In this document: positions 12,461 to 24,539 of the stretch, in pieces
Layout of the letters: each line of letters opens with the position of its first letter
Position numbering within the stretch: the first letter of the stretch is position 1
NCBI GenBank assembly: GCA_044892505.1
Contig: CM097882.1
Coordinates: 253,394,001 to 253,458,000 of the forward strand
Direction of reading: 5' to 3'
DNA length: 64,000 nt
Source: Schmidtea nova
Taxonomy: Eukaryota
Notes under the pieces: generated by a model
Database searches by the model: none
Seen by the model: the letters and a program-made list of their open reading frames with translations, nothing else
Told to the model about the DNA's origin: nothing
Made by a program: the position numbers and the translations under genes

Positions 12461-13974
12461 TAGAAATAGCTTGAACCATGATGTTTGGTGCAAAACTCGT
12501 TTGACATGCCAGATCTAGCCGAGAAGTAATAAGTTACTGGAAGTATTACTGGAAACAAATATTAAATTTAAAGTAAAAGACAAAAATAAATCTTTACAAA
12601 ACATATTGCCATATTGACCCGAATATACAAAAAAATCATTGAAAATTGATAATCATCCTATATTTCTGTATTTTGCTAAGATCTGTTGTTTGATTGTATC
12701 ATTTAATCATTTTAAGAACTAATATGAAGAAAGTAAATCAAAAGTGATGCTCTCAAGTGCGGATGAATATGATGTTAAAATACTACAATGAATTTTTGAG
12801 TCATGTTTTTGTATATTTTTCATCACTTGTAGTCTTAACTAAAAGTTTAAAAGGATTTTTTAGTGTTTTTTTTAATAATAAGTCGTCTTACAATCGGGGT
12901 ATTAAATTTTTTACCAATTTTTTGCATAATCATTGGCAATCATCATATTTTTGGTGAAAAATATGAAAGAATAAATAATGTTATAAAGTTATTTGCATTA
13001 GAAGACGTATCAATGTTTGGTAATGTACTAAAAGAAATTTGTTGATCCCATTCGAGTCACCTGTAAAATATGTGTCGGGATGGTCAAGGATATATGATGT
13101 GCTTCAGTGTGTGGGTGTGTATGTGTGTCAGCTGATTTAATAATACAAACAATGAATAATTTTACGAAATTTTAATAGCGAACAACTTTTTGAAAATTAT
13201 TTTGTTTAACAATAAAAAATCTTTTTAAAAAAAAATTTGATTCTTGGCAAAAAATCTATTTCAATTTCTTTTTGTTCAATGACTTTTATTTATTTCTCCA
13301 TCTTTTTTAGATTTCACCAATTAAATATTTAACTAAATAAATCTGATTTTATTTAATTTCCTCCGCTGTTGAAGATAAAAACTCAAAAGATAATAAACAA
13401 TAATATTTTTGTAGTTATATTATCATATGGAAAATTTATGATTATAATAAATTTATATTACACGTTTTGAATTGGTAGAAATTAATAATTATTTTGAAAT
13501 AAAATTAAAATGTATTTGTGAAAACGGAAATTCGTGTAATCCATGTCTCACTAATTTCAATAAACATCATCAAGTTACATGCTGCGTCAGGTTTCCTTTC
13601 AAAATTTTATTTTTTGAAAAATTTTAATTTTGAAAAAAATTAATAAAATTATATTTTGTTTATTAATTGAAACAAAGTTTTAATTTATTTAATCTAATTT
13701 CAAATATTTAGACACATTTTTCTTAAAGCTAGAAGTCTTATTGGGAGGGGTCACATAATTTCATATAAATCAATATCTCACCTTTGTAACATTACGTTTT
13801 CTCGAATTTTACGGAAAGTAAAATAAGTGCAAAATTTTAATTATTAATTAAATCCAACTTAAAATATTTATTTTATTATTCTATTAATATATGAATTTTA
13901 AATTTTAAAAATAAAATTTATAATATTAATATCAATAATTTCTTTAAATAAGTACACAATATTTCGGCGAGTTC

Positions 13975-14400
13975 TTTGCTCTGTTCTCGTTTATATTTTC
14001 AAACGTCATGGGTGAAATGCCACATACATTGGAAAAGACTGCCCGTCTTCTCTGTATTCGAGTTTCAGAGCGGAGTCAATTAATGGGATTTAGCGTTGTT
14101 TTCAGTCATATCGTTGTTTAAGAATATGTGAGTGTGAGAGTTTTGAGTCCGTGTGTTTGCCTCATTTTTTGCGGTTTAAGTAAATTAACTGATGTGGTTG
14201 TTGATGATGTTTATTTTCTTTTTTTTATTTGAGTTCTATACTCGTTTAATTTTTCAAATGTCATGGGCGTAATGCCACATACTTTGGACAAGACTGACCG
14301 TCTTTTCTGTACTCGAGTTTTAGAGCATTTTCAATTGGGGATCATGGATTTCGTTTTCAATCATTCTGTTGTTTATAAATATGAAAATATTTATAATATA
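13975..14400 (+). pseudogene. Two tandem decayed copies of a Penelope GIY-YIG segment (~255-bp period)
   Basis: 13986-14070 and 14241-14330 both align by eye to 16215-16300 (LVYRFPCNGCNATYIGET), with frameshifts. Confidence 0.75.
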
Positions 14401-14601
14401 TTCTTAAAAAAATATTTTTTTGTATAAAAATAAAAGAATATTATATTTTTAAGATTAATTTATTTAAATTAAAAATTTTTGATCGATTTAAATTTTTTGA
14501 CTATAATAGAATTTAAAATATATATTTTATTTTAAAAATTAATACTAATTTGTTCGAAAAAATCGATTTATTTGATTTATATTTTAATGTAAGACTGGGT
14601 A

Positions 14602-14642
14602 GCACCTGATGAAGAGAATTAAGTTCTCGAAATATATTGTGC
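14602..14642 (+). ncRNA. Minimal type I hammerhead ribozyme motif (canonical C3-G8 core, one extra nt after A9)
   Basis: gcac CTGATGA a gagaa-ttaag-ttctc GAAA tatat t gtgc: stem I gcac/gtgc, 5-bp stem II, palindromic ATATAT stem III. Confidence 0.85.
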
Positions 14643-14878
14643 AAAATATATATTNNNNNNNNNNNNNNNNNNNNNNNNNNNNNNNNNNNNNNNNNNNNNN
14701 NNNNNNNNNNNNNNNNNNNNNNNNNNNNNNNNNNNNNNNNNNNNNNNNNNNNNNNNNNNNNNNNNNNNNNNNNNNNNNNNNNNNNNNNNNNNNNNNNNNN
14801 NNNNNNNNNNNNNNNNNNNNNNNNNNNNNNNNNNNNNNNNNNNNNNNNNNNNNNNNNNNNNNNNNNNNNNNNNNNNNA

Positions 14879-16507
14879 TTAATATCTTTACTTCATGACT
14901 TAATTTTAAATAAGCATATAGATAAGGATATTGTTAATTCACTTTGGCCTCGGGGATCCCAACCTGCTAAATTATATGGTCTTCCAAAAGTACATAAAGA
15001 TAATTTACCTATGAGACCTGTATTGTCAATGATTCAAACTTCACAATATAAGGTTGCGAAGTTTTTAGATAGTTTGTTGAAACCCTTGATTAAAACTGAA
15101 TATGAATGTAAAGATAGCTTTGAGTTTGCCTCTTTTATAGTAAATTTAAATAAGAGTGGGAATGATGACTTTATGGTTTCGTTTGATGTGGTTAGCCTTT
15201 TTACAAATGTTCCTTTAATAGAAACGATTGATATTTGTTGCAATTTATGGAGTGTTAACACTTCACTTCATAATATTATTGATGTTGTTGCTTTTCGTAA
15301 ACTTTTGACATTTGATACTTCTAATGTCCATTTTATCTTTGATAATCAATGGTATAAGCAAATTGGTGGTGTTGCCATGGGCTCACCTTTAGCTTCTACA
15401 CTGGCATCTATTTTTATGTCAAGTTTAGAAAATAAATTTATAAATTGTAGTGTGAATAAACCCTTAGTATATAAACGTTATGTTGATGATATTTTTCTTG
15501 TATTTAAGAATAAAGAACATGTTGAGCCTTTTTTGTATTATATGAATGATTTGCATAAAAATATTAAATTTACTTTTGAAGAAGAAATTAATTCTAAAAT
15601 ATCATTTCTTGATTTGTTGATTGAAAAGAAAGAGAAACATTTTGAAACCGAAATTTATAGGAAAATAACAGATACTGGTTTGTATACATCACCGGAAAGC
15701 TTTTGTGATTTTAAATATAAAAGAAATTTGATAAGGGGATTGGTTTATCGTTCTTGGACATTGACGTCAACTTATTGTAAATCTATAAATAGTATTGATA
15801 AATTACTTAAATTACTACAGAATAATGGATATTCAAAATGTTTCTTGCAACGAATGGTGAGTGAAACTGTTGATAAGTGTATTAATAAGTTGAATGTGAT
15901 TGATGAAAAAATTTCTCCTGGTGTTGATCCGTTTAATACCTCTGATAGTGCTCCTTTGATTGAAACAGGTGATGTTGTTATTGGAATGAATGATGGTGTT
16001 GATTGCAATAATAATAATGAAATAAATAAAAGTAACCTGAATGATTGCATTGGTTCTGTTATAGTTTTACCGTTTTCTGAAGGATTTGTAAATTTAAAAA
16101 AATCTATTATAAAATATATTGGAAATACTAATGTTAAAATAATTTCTAAGTCTTGCAAAGTTCGGGACATGTTCAGTAATAAATCTGTGACGCCATTTGG
16201 TCTGTGTTCTGATCTCGTATATCGTTTTCCTTGTAATGGGTGTAATGCCACATACATTGGAGAGACTGTCCGTCATCTCTGTACACGAGTTCAAGAACAT
16301 GCCAGAAAGAGCGGAAAGATTAACATTATTGAGCATAATAAGACTTGCAAGAAGAGCATTGATATTTCTAATTTCAAAATACTTTCTAGGGGTTTTAAAA
16401 ATTATTATGAACGTGTGAATTGTGAGGCTTTGATGATAAAATCATTTAATCCTAAAATAAATATACAAAATGCAATATCTACATGCATTTTGAGAGTGTT
16501 TAATTAA
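14879..16507 (+). CDS. Penelope-like reverse transcriptase plus GIY-YIG endonuclease (uninterrupted after the gap)
   Basis: KLYGLPKVHK, FDVVSLFTNVP, GVAMGSPLAS, RYVDDIF, thumb NNGYS, LVYRFPCNGCNATYIGET, C-terminal PKINIQ. Confidence 0.95.
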   Translation, partial: LISLLHDLILNKHIDKDIVNSLWPRGSQPAKLYGLPKVHKDNLPMRPVLSMIQTSQYKVAKFLDSLLKPLIKTEYECKDSFEFASFIVNLNKSGNDDFMVSFDVVSLFTNVPLIETIDICCNLWSVNTSLHNIIDVVAFRKLLTFDTSNVHFIFDNQWYKQIGGVAMGSPLASTLASIFMSSLENKFINCSVNKPLVYKRYVDDIFLVFKNKEHVEPFLYYMNDLHKNIKFTFEEEINSKISFLDLLIEKKEKHFETEIYRKITDTGLYTSPESFCDFKYKRNLIRGLVYRSWTLTSTYCKSINSIDKLLKLLQNNGYSKCFLQRMVSETVDKCINKLNVIDEKISPGVDPFNTSDSAPLIETGDVVIGMNDGVDCNNNNEINKSNLNDCIGSVIVLPFSEGFVNLKKSIIKYIGNTNVKIISKSCKVRDMFSNKSVTPFGLCSDLVYRFPCNGCNATYIGETVRHLCTRVQEHARKSGKINIIEHNKTCKKSIDISNFKILSRGFKNYYERVNCEALMIKSFNPKINIQNAISTCILRVFN

Positions 16508-16611
16508 TTTTATTAGGGTAAATAAAAGTTTTATTGGATTATCACGTGTAATTATGTAATCACTATTAAGCGTATAATTAAGATCAATTTTTATTTTATT
16601 GAGATTGTGGA

Positions 16612-16653
16612 AAGCCTGATGATGACAGCTAAGCTGTTGAAATATATTGCATT
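16612..16653 (+). ncRNA. Minimal hammerhead motif in the Penelope 3' UTR
   Basis: aagc CTGATGA t gacagc-taa-gctgtt GAAA tatat t gcatt; stem I is weak. Confidence 0.65.
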
Positions 16654-17866
16654 AATATATTTANNNNNNNNNNNNNNNNNNNNNNNNNNNNNNNNNNNNN
16701 NNNNNNNNNNNNNNNNNNNNNNNNNNNNNNNNNNNNNNNNNNNNNNNNNNNNNNNNNNNNNNNNNNNNNNNNNNNNNNNNNNNNNNNNNNNNNNNNNNNN
16801 NNNNNNNNNNNNNNNNNNNNCATTATCATCATTTACCATGGATATTAACAAACATTTTAGCGTAAATAAAAGAATAATATTTTAAAATAATATTTACAGC
16901 ATTCCAAAGCAAACTCTTTGTCGTCCCAGGGGTCTTGAAATCTCCAATTCTCAACTACCATTTCGTCACAAAAAAATTAAATTTAAAGTAATTTATCCTC
17001 AATAAAATTTCAGTTGAATTTTTAATCACAAAATCTAATCAAAAATTTTATTAGTTGTTTAACTTTCCAGAAAAATTAAAAAACGAAGTTTTCTCATTTA
17101 ATTAATGGTTTTAAAATAATATTGAATTTATAAAATAGCAAATATTTCAATTTTATTTTAATTTTGACATAAGATTCTTCTAATAAATAGTAAATGTTTG
17201 ACGGTCACATAAGATTCATTCTTGAGTCGGACCCGCCTTGGGTATCAACTCTTATTTTCAAAGAATTGACAATTCAACTTTTGGATTTTGTGCTTTAACT
17301 TAAAAAATCTTCAAAAAAATCTTCTTCCCACATTTTAAAACATAATTTTTTAATTAATTTTTTAAAAGAAGCTAACTTTCTATAATAAAATATCAAAATA
17401 CATGTGAAATAAAAACTAGCCCACAAAAATGAATTTAAAATCTTTTGTCAACCGATGTTCATTTAGTTTTGGTTTTAATTTTTTTGTTTCTTTTTTTATA
17501 CAGGTGGTGTGCAAAAGTTAATATATAGTTATGAATTATACAGAGTTTTTGTTATTTAGAATATTTTTAATATTATTTTCCGGTTCTAGGACAAAATCGT
17601 ACGGACAAAATCGTACNNNNNNNNNNNNNNNNNNNNNNNNNNNNNNNNNNNNNNNNNNNNNNNNNNNNNNNNNNNNNNNNNNNNNNNNNNNNNNNNNNNN
17701 NNNNNNNNNNNNNNNNNNNNNNNNNNNNNNNNNNNNNNNNNNNNNNNNNNNNNNNNNNNNNNNNNNNNNNNNNNNNNNNNNNNNNNNNNNNNNNNNNNNN
17801 NNNNNNNNNNNNNNNNNNNNNNNNNNNNNNNNNNNNNNNNNNNNNNNNNNNNNNNNNNNNNNNNNN

Positions 17867-18062
17867 CATTATTAATATCAATAATTCCCATAATGGATGA
17901 CTATAGATCAAAATTTCTATAAACAAGTACACAATATTTCGGCACAGCCTTTATCAAGTGTGTATACACACTTGATAAAGGATGTGCCGAAATATTGTGT
18001 ACTTGATTATAGAAATTTTAATCTATAGTCTTACCATTATGGGAATTATTGATATTAATAAT
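17867..18062. mobile_element. ~195-bp loopless foldback made of two inverted Penelope 3' ends, one hammerhead per strand
   Basis: Near-perfect palindrome centred between 17964 and 17965; arms are homologous to the 3' tail at 52566-52660. Confidence 0.85.
17929..17961 (-). ncRNA. Hammerhead motif, U3-A8 core variant (intact copy)
   Basis: Minus strand reads acac TTGATAA a ggc-tgt-gcc GAAA tat t gtgt. Confidence 0.7.
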
Positions 18063-18311
18063 AATAATAATTATTATTATTATTATTTCTATTATTATTA
18101 TTATTATAATTAAATAAATCAATAAATCTTTTAGTTTAGATCGAAGGTTAGATCACATGTTAAAATACTTAAAAATATTTTTTATTCTTATGTAACTATT
18201 TTGTCCTATACCATTTTGTCCGGCCACCTATTTTTCCCATATAAATCACGGATGTTAGTTTTACCAACGACCAACGAAAAGGGATAATCAAACAATATTT
18301 GGATACAGACA

Positions 18312-18509
18312 ATGCTGAGAGGGTTCTATATAATTTGGGTTAAACGATTTAATACACCTCCAACAACTAGACTAACAATATACAGTTTATGTGATAAATC
18401 TTATCAGAATGAGTCCATCAGTAATGTTTCCAAGAGTGGGCGACCAGTTAGGATCACCACTAATGAAAAGGAGCTGTTAGTTGCTTTGATATTTACTCAA
18501 AGTCCATAA
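18312..18509 (+). pseudogene. Tc1/mariner-like transposase HTH remnant
   Basis: TIYSLCDK...NESISNVSKSGRPVRITT...QSP resembles the Tc1-type (R/K)SGRP HTH linker. Confidence 0.4.
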
Positions 18510-18941
18510 AAATTATAAAAAAGCAGTCAATTTGAGATAAAATTTTCCGCAGACTTTTTAATTGTTTGATGTATTATATATAGATGTGAAAATGTTGTCA
18601 TTTTTTTATACGGGTAATTTATCAATATTTTTTTTGAAAAAGTTCACAAATTTTCATCAAAGCCTCTTTTGTGGGGATGTCACTCTTGGACTTGAAAAAT
18701 TGATCTATTGTCTGTATAAAAAATGAAAATTTATGAAAAAGAAACGAAAATATCACGGTTAAAAATAAGAGATCTTCAGTGTAGAAAGAGAAATCTGTAA
18801 TTTCCACGCATATTATCCCCTAGCAACAGGAACCAATAAATTTCACCGCTGTTAGAAAAAAAAATTTTAAAAAAATTTAAAAAATTATTTGCTAGTTTGA
18901 AAAGAAATGTGAAAATTATTACAACAAATATTGATACTTAC

Positions 18942-21584
18942 ATTTGGAAAATATTTATTCTGGGGGACTTGAATATTTTCATCTTCCGGAATGAAATTTT
19001 CTCCTTTACGATTCGTTCTTTCTTCTTTGTAATGGCATATAGAAATCAAATCCGGAAGAAATTCAAGCCAGCCTTTCATGTGTCGAACATAAACAACAAA
19101 ACATATACAAATCATGACCAAAAACAGAATCAAAACTAATGCGAACACAAAAATGCTTTCTCTGTCTGAAAAAATGTTTCCGTTTCCGTCTTGGAACTCT
19201 GATTTTGATTCATCGTGACTGTTTCTTTTATCGTTTAAATATATGGGTATGTCTTGAACTTTAATCTGGATCTGTCTCTCTGAGGACAAAACCGGAGTTC
19301 CATCGTCCTCTACTTTGATGATAATAAAATGATCACCAATGTCTGATATTCCCATTTGTCTGTGAATTCTAATTTCTCCGTTGTTTGGATCAATGTTAAA
19401 GAGATTATTTGAGTTTGAGTTAATACTGAAATATAATTTCCCATTGCCTCGAGGCAAATTGTCCTTATCATTAGCAGATGCCGTTAATACTAGATAGCCT
19501 GGCTGTTGACGATAAGGTACTTTGGGAATCGTCTCATTTCCCGGTCTTGGGAAAATGAAAATAGGTGGATTGTCATTGATGTCTAACACTGTGACATTCA
19601 CTGTCGCACTCGCTGTATGGGATCTATATCCCGCTCCGTCAGTGGCGATGATCACTAACTCATAAAAGTCTAATTCCTCTCGATCCAACGATTCAGTTGT
19701 CATCAACCAAAACCGATTTTTTTCACTCGTTATCGAAAATGGAGACCTTCGATTGTTCGATTTAACAAATGAAATACCGAGTCGAATTGATCCCTTTTCA
19801 TCGGGATCTGACACTTCAATTTGGCCCAATCTATAAATTGGGGCTTCATTTTCAGTGACAGAAAATCTAAAGGTCGACTGTGCAAATTGTGGCGCATTGT
19901 CATTTTCATCGTCAATGAGAATTTGAATAGATTTCGTAGAGAATTGTTTCGGAGTCCCCGAATCCGATACAGTAATGGAGAGATCCAATCTTGTTAAAGG
20001 TGGACTTGTAGCTTCTCTGTCAATCTTTTGAAGGGTTCGAATAATTCCTGTTAAAGAATCTATCGAAAGGTAAGCTGAAACGAGATTTTGAGAGTCCGTT
20101 ATAGCATATGTTAACTTTCCGTTCAAGCCATCATCTTTGTCGGTGGCTTCAACTTTTGTCACAATCGTTCCCGGAGGTTTGTTTTCTGATACGTGAAATA
20201 TTGAGGGGGAATTTATTTCTGGCTTATTGTCATTTTTATCGAGAATAATAACAGGAATGATAGCATCTGCAGTTAATGTCGGTGTGCCTTGATCTTTACA
20301 GACAATAGATAGGGAATATTTTGAATTGGTTTCCCGATCGAGCTGTTGCAAAGTGTGAATTTTGTATTGGTCTGGACTGGTTTGACGAAGATCAAAAAGC
20401 TCATGATGATTATCCAGTTGACATTGGACTTTTCCCGCAATTCCTATATCTTTGTCTCTGACAGTCACGAAGCAAACAAACGCCGGGGCACTTTCATATT
20501 CGGAAATGGAAGCATGCTGCCAATTGCCTAAATAATCCACAAATATCATCGGTTTTTCATCATTTATGTTGACAACGTTTACCGTCAATGTAGCCGTTGC
20601 TGTATTGACTCCGGGTATTCTATTTCTAGCCGTTATTATCAATTTATATTCCTGGTCTTTCTCATAATCGAGAGGTGAGATCATATAAACTGATCCCGAT
20701 AGTTCGTCCACGCGAAACATCCCTGAGTCGAGCTTGTAAAATATTTCTGCGTTTTCTCCAATATCTCGATCAGTTGCTTTGACCTGTATAATTGAATCGC
20801 TTGTCATTTGACTTTCTTTCACTTGGACGTTATACCGTGTGTTTTCAAATATCGGCGGGTTATCATTGACATCAAGCACGAGGACTTGCACAACAAGGAC
20901 ACCTGTCAACGGAGGATCACCACCATCGACAGCAGCAATTGTCAAACTATACTGATCCGTTTCTTCCCGATCAAGCCGGTTTTTCAATCTCAAATACACC
21001 GACATTTTCTTGTCAATAAATTGCGTCTCCAAACTAAAAACCGACAAATCGCTTTTTGAAATGAATTTGTAAGATTTTACGGAATATTTATCGGAGTCCT
21101 TGTCAATTGCCAACGGCAGCTGAAAGGTAGTGGAAACCGGACAGGATTCAGAAATCGAAAGATTATAAATCGAATATTCAAAGTTCGGTTTGTGATCGTT
21201 TCGATCGTCAATGACAATTAAAAATTTCCCAATTATTGGATCTATGACTTTGCTTGAAATTTGAGCGGTTGTCATTGCAACCGAGACTGAAATCGAGCAG
21301 ATCATGTCATTTTTGCAGCACAGCTCGATTTCGGAACACAAAGAATCGCGGTCGATTTTTCTTTTAGCGAAAAGTTTTCCATAGTTACCATCAAGATGGA
21401 GATAATCGATAAACGACCCCCCTGACAATAGCCGATATAATACTTTTCCTTCGGGTTTCTCATTGAGAAATAGAGATGTAGATGCCAAATCGGTGATAAG
21501 TGTACCAGGTTGAATTTCGTCATCAATTTTTATCTCTTCAGCTTTTAATAATTTAAACAATAAAAACAAAACAACAATTATCAT
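18942..21584 (-). CDS. Protocadherin (7 extracellular cadherin repeats, delta1-like architecture); large exon encoding signal peptide, EC1-7, TM and start of the tail
   Basis: Repeated DRE/DYE and DxNDNxPxF motifs, Cys-rich EC1 (DRDSLC..CC..C), hydrophobic TM (IFVFALVLILFLVMICICFVVYV). First ATG at 21584 (the ORF track starts at TTG 21599); acceptor at 21606; donor AAT|GTAAGT at 18941. Confidence 0.95.
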
Positions 21585-22437
21585 TTCCAATATTTTCAAT
21601 ATTATCTACAACAATTAACAATGATTAATTAATTATTTTATTAATTAATTTAAAANNNNNNNNNNNNNNNNNNNNNNNNNNNNNNNNNNNNNNNNNNNNN
21701 NNNNNNNNNNNNNNNNNNNNNNNNNNNNNNNNNNNNNNNNNNNNNNNNNNNNNNNNNNNNNNNNNNNNNNNNNNNNNNNNNNNNNNNNNNNNNNNNNNNN
21801 NNNNNNNNNNNNNNNNNNNNNNNNNNNNNNNNNNNNNNNNNNNNNNNNNNNNNNNNNNNNNNNNNNNNNNNNNNNNNNNNNNNNNNNTAAAAATAATTAT
21901 TATTATAATTATTTATAATTATTATTATAATTATAATAATAAATATACTATATATATATAACTGTTTATAAAGGTTTACCCATTATTTGTTAACGAAATG
22001 ATTAAAATAAGAAAACCAACAAATTATTTTCCATTTATTGGCATCACTATTATCAATTATTTACCAAAATTCAAAAACCGGGTTTAATATCTTCTAAAAC
22101 AAACGATGTTACTCCCTATTGCTCCCTTATACTAATTACCATCAGATAAATCTTTTGTATACCTAATGAACCTATATAACAACAATGCTAAACTTATCTC
22201 GCTCCATCTCCCCCCATAGATAGTTGAATTGTTCTACAACCCATATATAGGAAAATATATTGCATTAATCATGTAATTAATAGAAAGGATAATAAATATA
22301 TTGTTTACGATTAATTGTATGTCAATGTAAAATAGAAACATAATAAAAATATGCATAAAATTTGACTGGCAATTTAAAAATTAACAATTTTTAACTCAAA
22401 TTGGATATCAGAACTTTAGCATTATTATTATTATTAT

Positions 22438-22808
22438 CAGTCGTGAATTTGCCCTTGACGAGGCCCTAGCATGAAAATTTTATGGGCCCTTTTATCAATT
22501 TTTTTGAAAAATAAAATGGTTAATTTGTTTCTAGTTGTTATATAATTAAAATAATATTACATTTATTCAAATTACAGAAAATAAGATGGTACATAAATTA
22601 AATTAGTGCTAAATATGAATTATAATTAATAAAGAAAAAAGAAAAAAGAAAGAAACATTAAATTTTAAAAATAGATTTTCTACCAGATTCTTTCCCTGCG
22701 AAATCTAGTATTATTAAAACCTTCATGTAAATAATGTAGAATAAGGGCCCCAGCTAGTCAGGGCCCTAGGCTTCAAGCCTCGTTAGCCTAAGAGTGAATC
22801 CAGGGTTG
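22438..22808. mobile_element. hAT-type MITE
   Basis: Imperfect TIRs cagtcgtgaattt / gaatccagggttg, internal gggccc(t) repeats, flanks attattat on both sides (low complexity). Confidence 0.6.
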
Positions 22809-24539
22809 ATTATTATTATTATTATATTAATAAAATTATATTTTCCTTTTCCCAAGAATTTATATTATATTGTAAAAAATTGTCAAACTTTAAATTATAA
22901 AAATAAATTTTAATAGAAAAATCGAGAAAAATCAATTTTATATTTATAAGTATTTTCTAAAAATAATAATTTGTGAATTTCAAAATGAACTTACTTTCAA
23001 AATAAAATTTGTTGAGATTTGAAAATTAAAAAAGATACTATAATTGTTACTATGATTAATGAATAAATCAACCAATCAAAACCTGTTTATTATTTTTCTA
23101 TTAACCAATAACAATTTATAACGACGTGCTCGAATTATCAGAATATGCTTTGAATAATTTATGTAATTTTTGGTTTTGATTCAGTTTTAATTATAAAGTT
23201 ATTAATATACATATTTTATTATTATTCGATGTTGGACCTCGTTGAATATTGCTTGTTGCTTAGAATTGTCCTCTTCTTTGATCCATCTATTGGGTCTCTT
23301 CTGTTTCTCATTTTTATGACATTGCTTTCTGTAAATATCGAAGTGCTGATCTAAAATGCACAAATATTTTTATTGTTATTATTATTTTGATTGGAATTTT
23401 TTCATATGATGAAACCAATTTTTTAAATTTCTTTTTAGGAAAATTCTTTTTTATAATTGCACAATATAATATTTAGAATTATTTTGCATGAAAACTAAAA
23501 CATAAATTGTACATCTCACCTGTGTTGAATAAATATAATGCCCACGTGTTTAACTGAAACAGGTGGACAGCTTTTGTAGTTACATGAAGGCAAATGTCAT
23601 ATTTATGATCAATGTGCTTGAAAATTTCTAAAACAAAAATATTTACTGAAACAAACTTGTTTTTGCGTCACGATCTCATTACTATATCTTGAAAAAAATG
23701 AAGTCATCATATATTCCTATAAAAAACTAAATCGTTTCCGCAATTTTATATTTAAAAAATTAGAAATTCGTATTTAATAGTTTTGATTATTCTAATGATA
23801 ATTATTTTTGTTTTTCAGTGTAAACTAAGGGTGCCCAATTTCATTATGGTTGTATACCTGTAAGTAGAGTCAAATATGGTGATGTACCAGTAGGCAAATA
23901 TTTTTGGAAAAACGAATAATAAAATAAATTTCCAAAATTCTTAAATAATTACCTGTTTTTATCGCCTGTCTTTATAAACCGATAATTATTTTGGGTATAC
24001 TGCATTTATTGCCTACCACTTAGATTAGCCTTACAACACGTGACTCATTGATTTTTAAATACGAGTTATATAGACTTCCGCGCACATACAAATATACTAT
24101 AAACTTTTACGCCGAACATAAATGTAATCGACATAGAAAAAAAATATTATGCAAAATATTGTATGTATTATTAATTCATTGCTTATCGAATACCGGTAGC
24201 TCTATATACCACGGCATGCCATGTTCGATTTGTTAAAATTTGAGTGAAAAATTCATTTCTTGGAAAACTAAACCAATGCATGACATGCGTGTTTGCGTGC
24301 GACCTGACAGTGCTCGACGAAACATTATGAGAATCACGCGTTTCTATTACATCATAATCCTCATATATTTGCTTTTTTGAAGGTAGTGAAGTGCTTTTAA
24401 TTATTCTTTACAAGGAATAAGTGCAACAACAGTTTTACAGAAGTAAGAAACCTAAAAACCTTTTATAGAAAATACAGCGATTTTAATTTATTTATTGTCG
24501 CAACCCTTTGATGGAGAAGAAAGGGAATAAAAAGTGAGA

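Larger units (their letters stand above)
14602..16653 (+). mobile_element. Penelope-like retroelement bracketed by hammerhead motifs (5' part in an assembly gap)
   Basis: RT plus GIY-YIG ORF with hammerhead motifs at 14602 and 16612. Confidence 0.92.
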
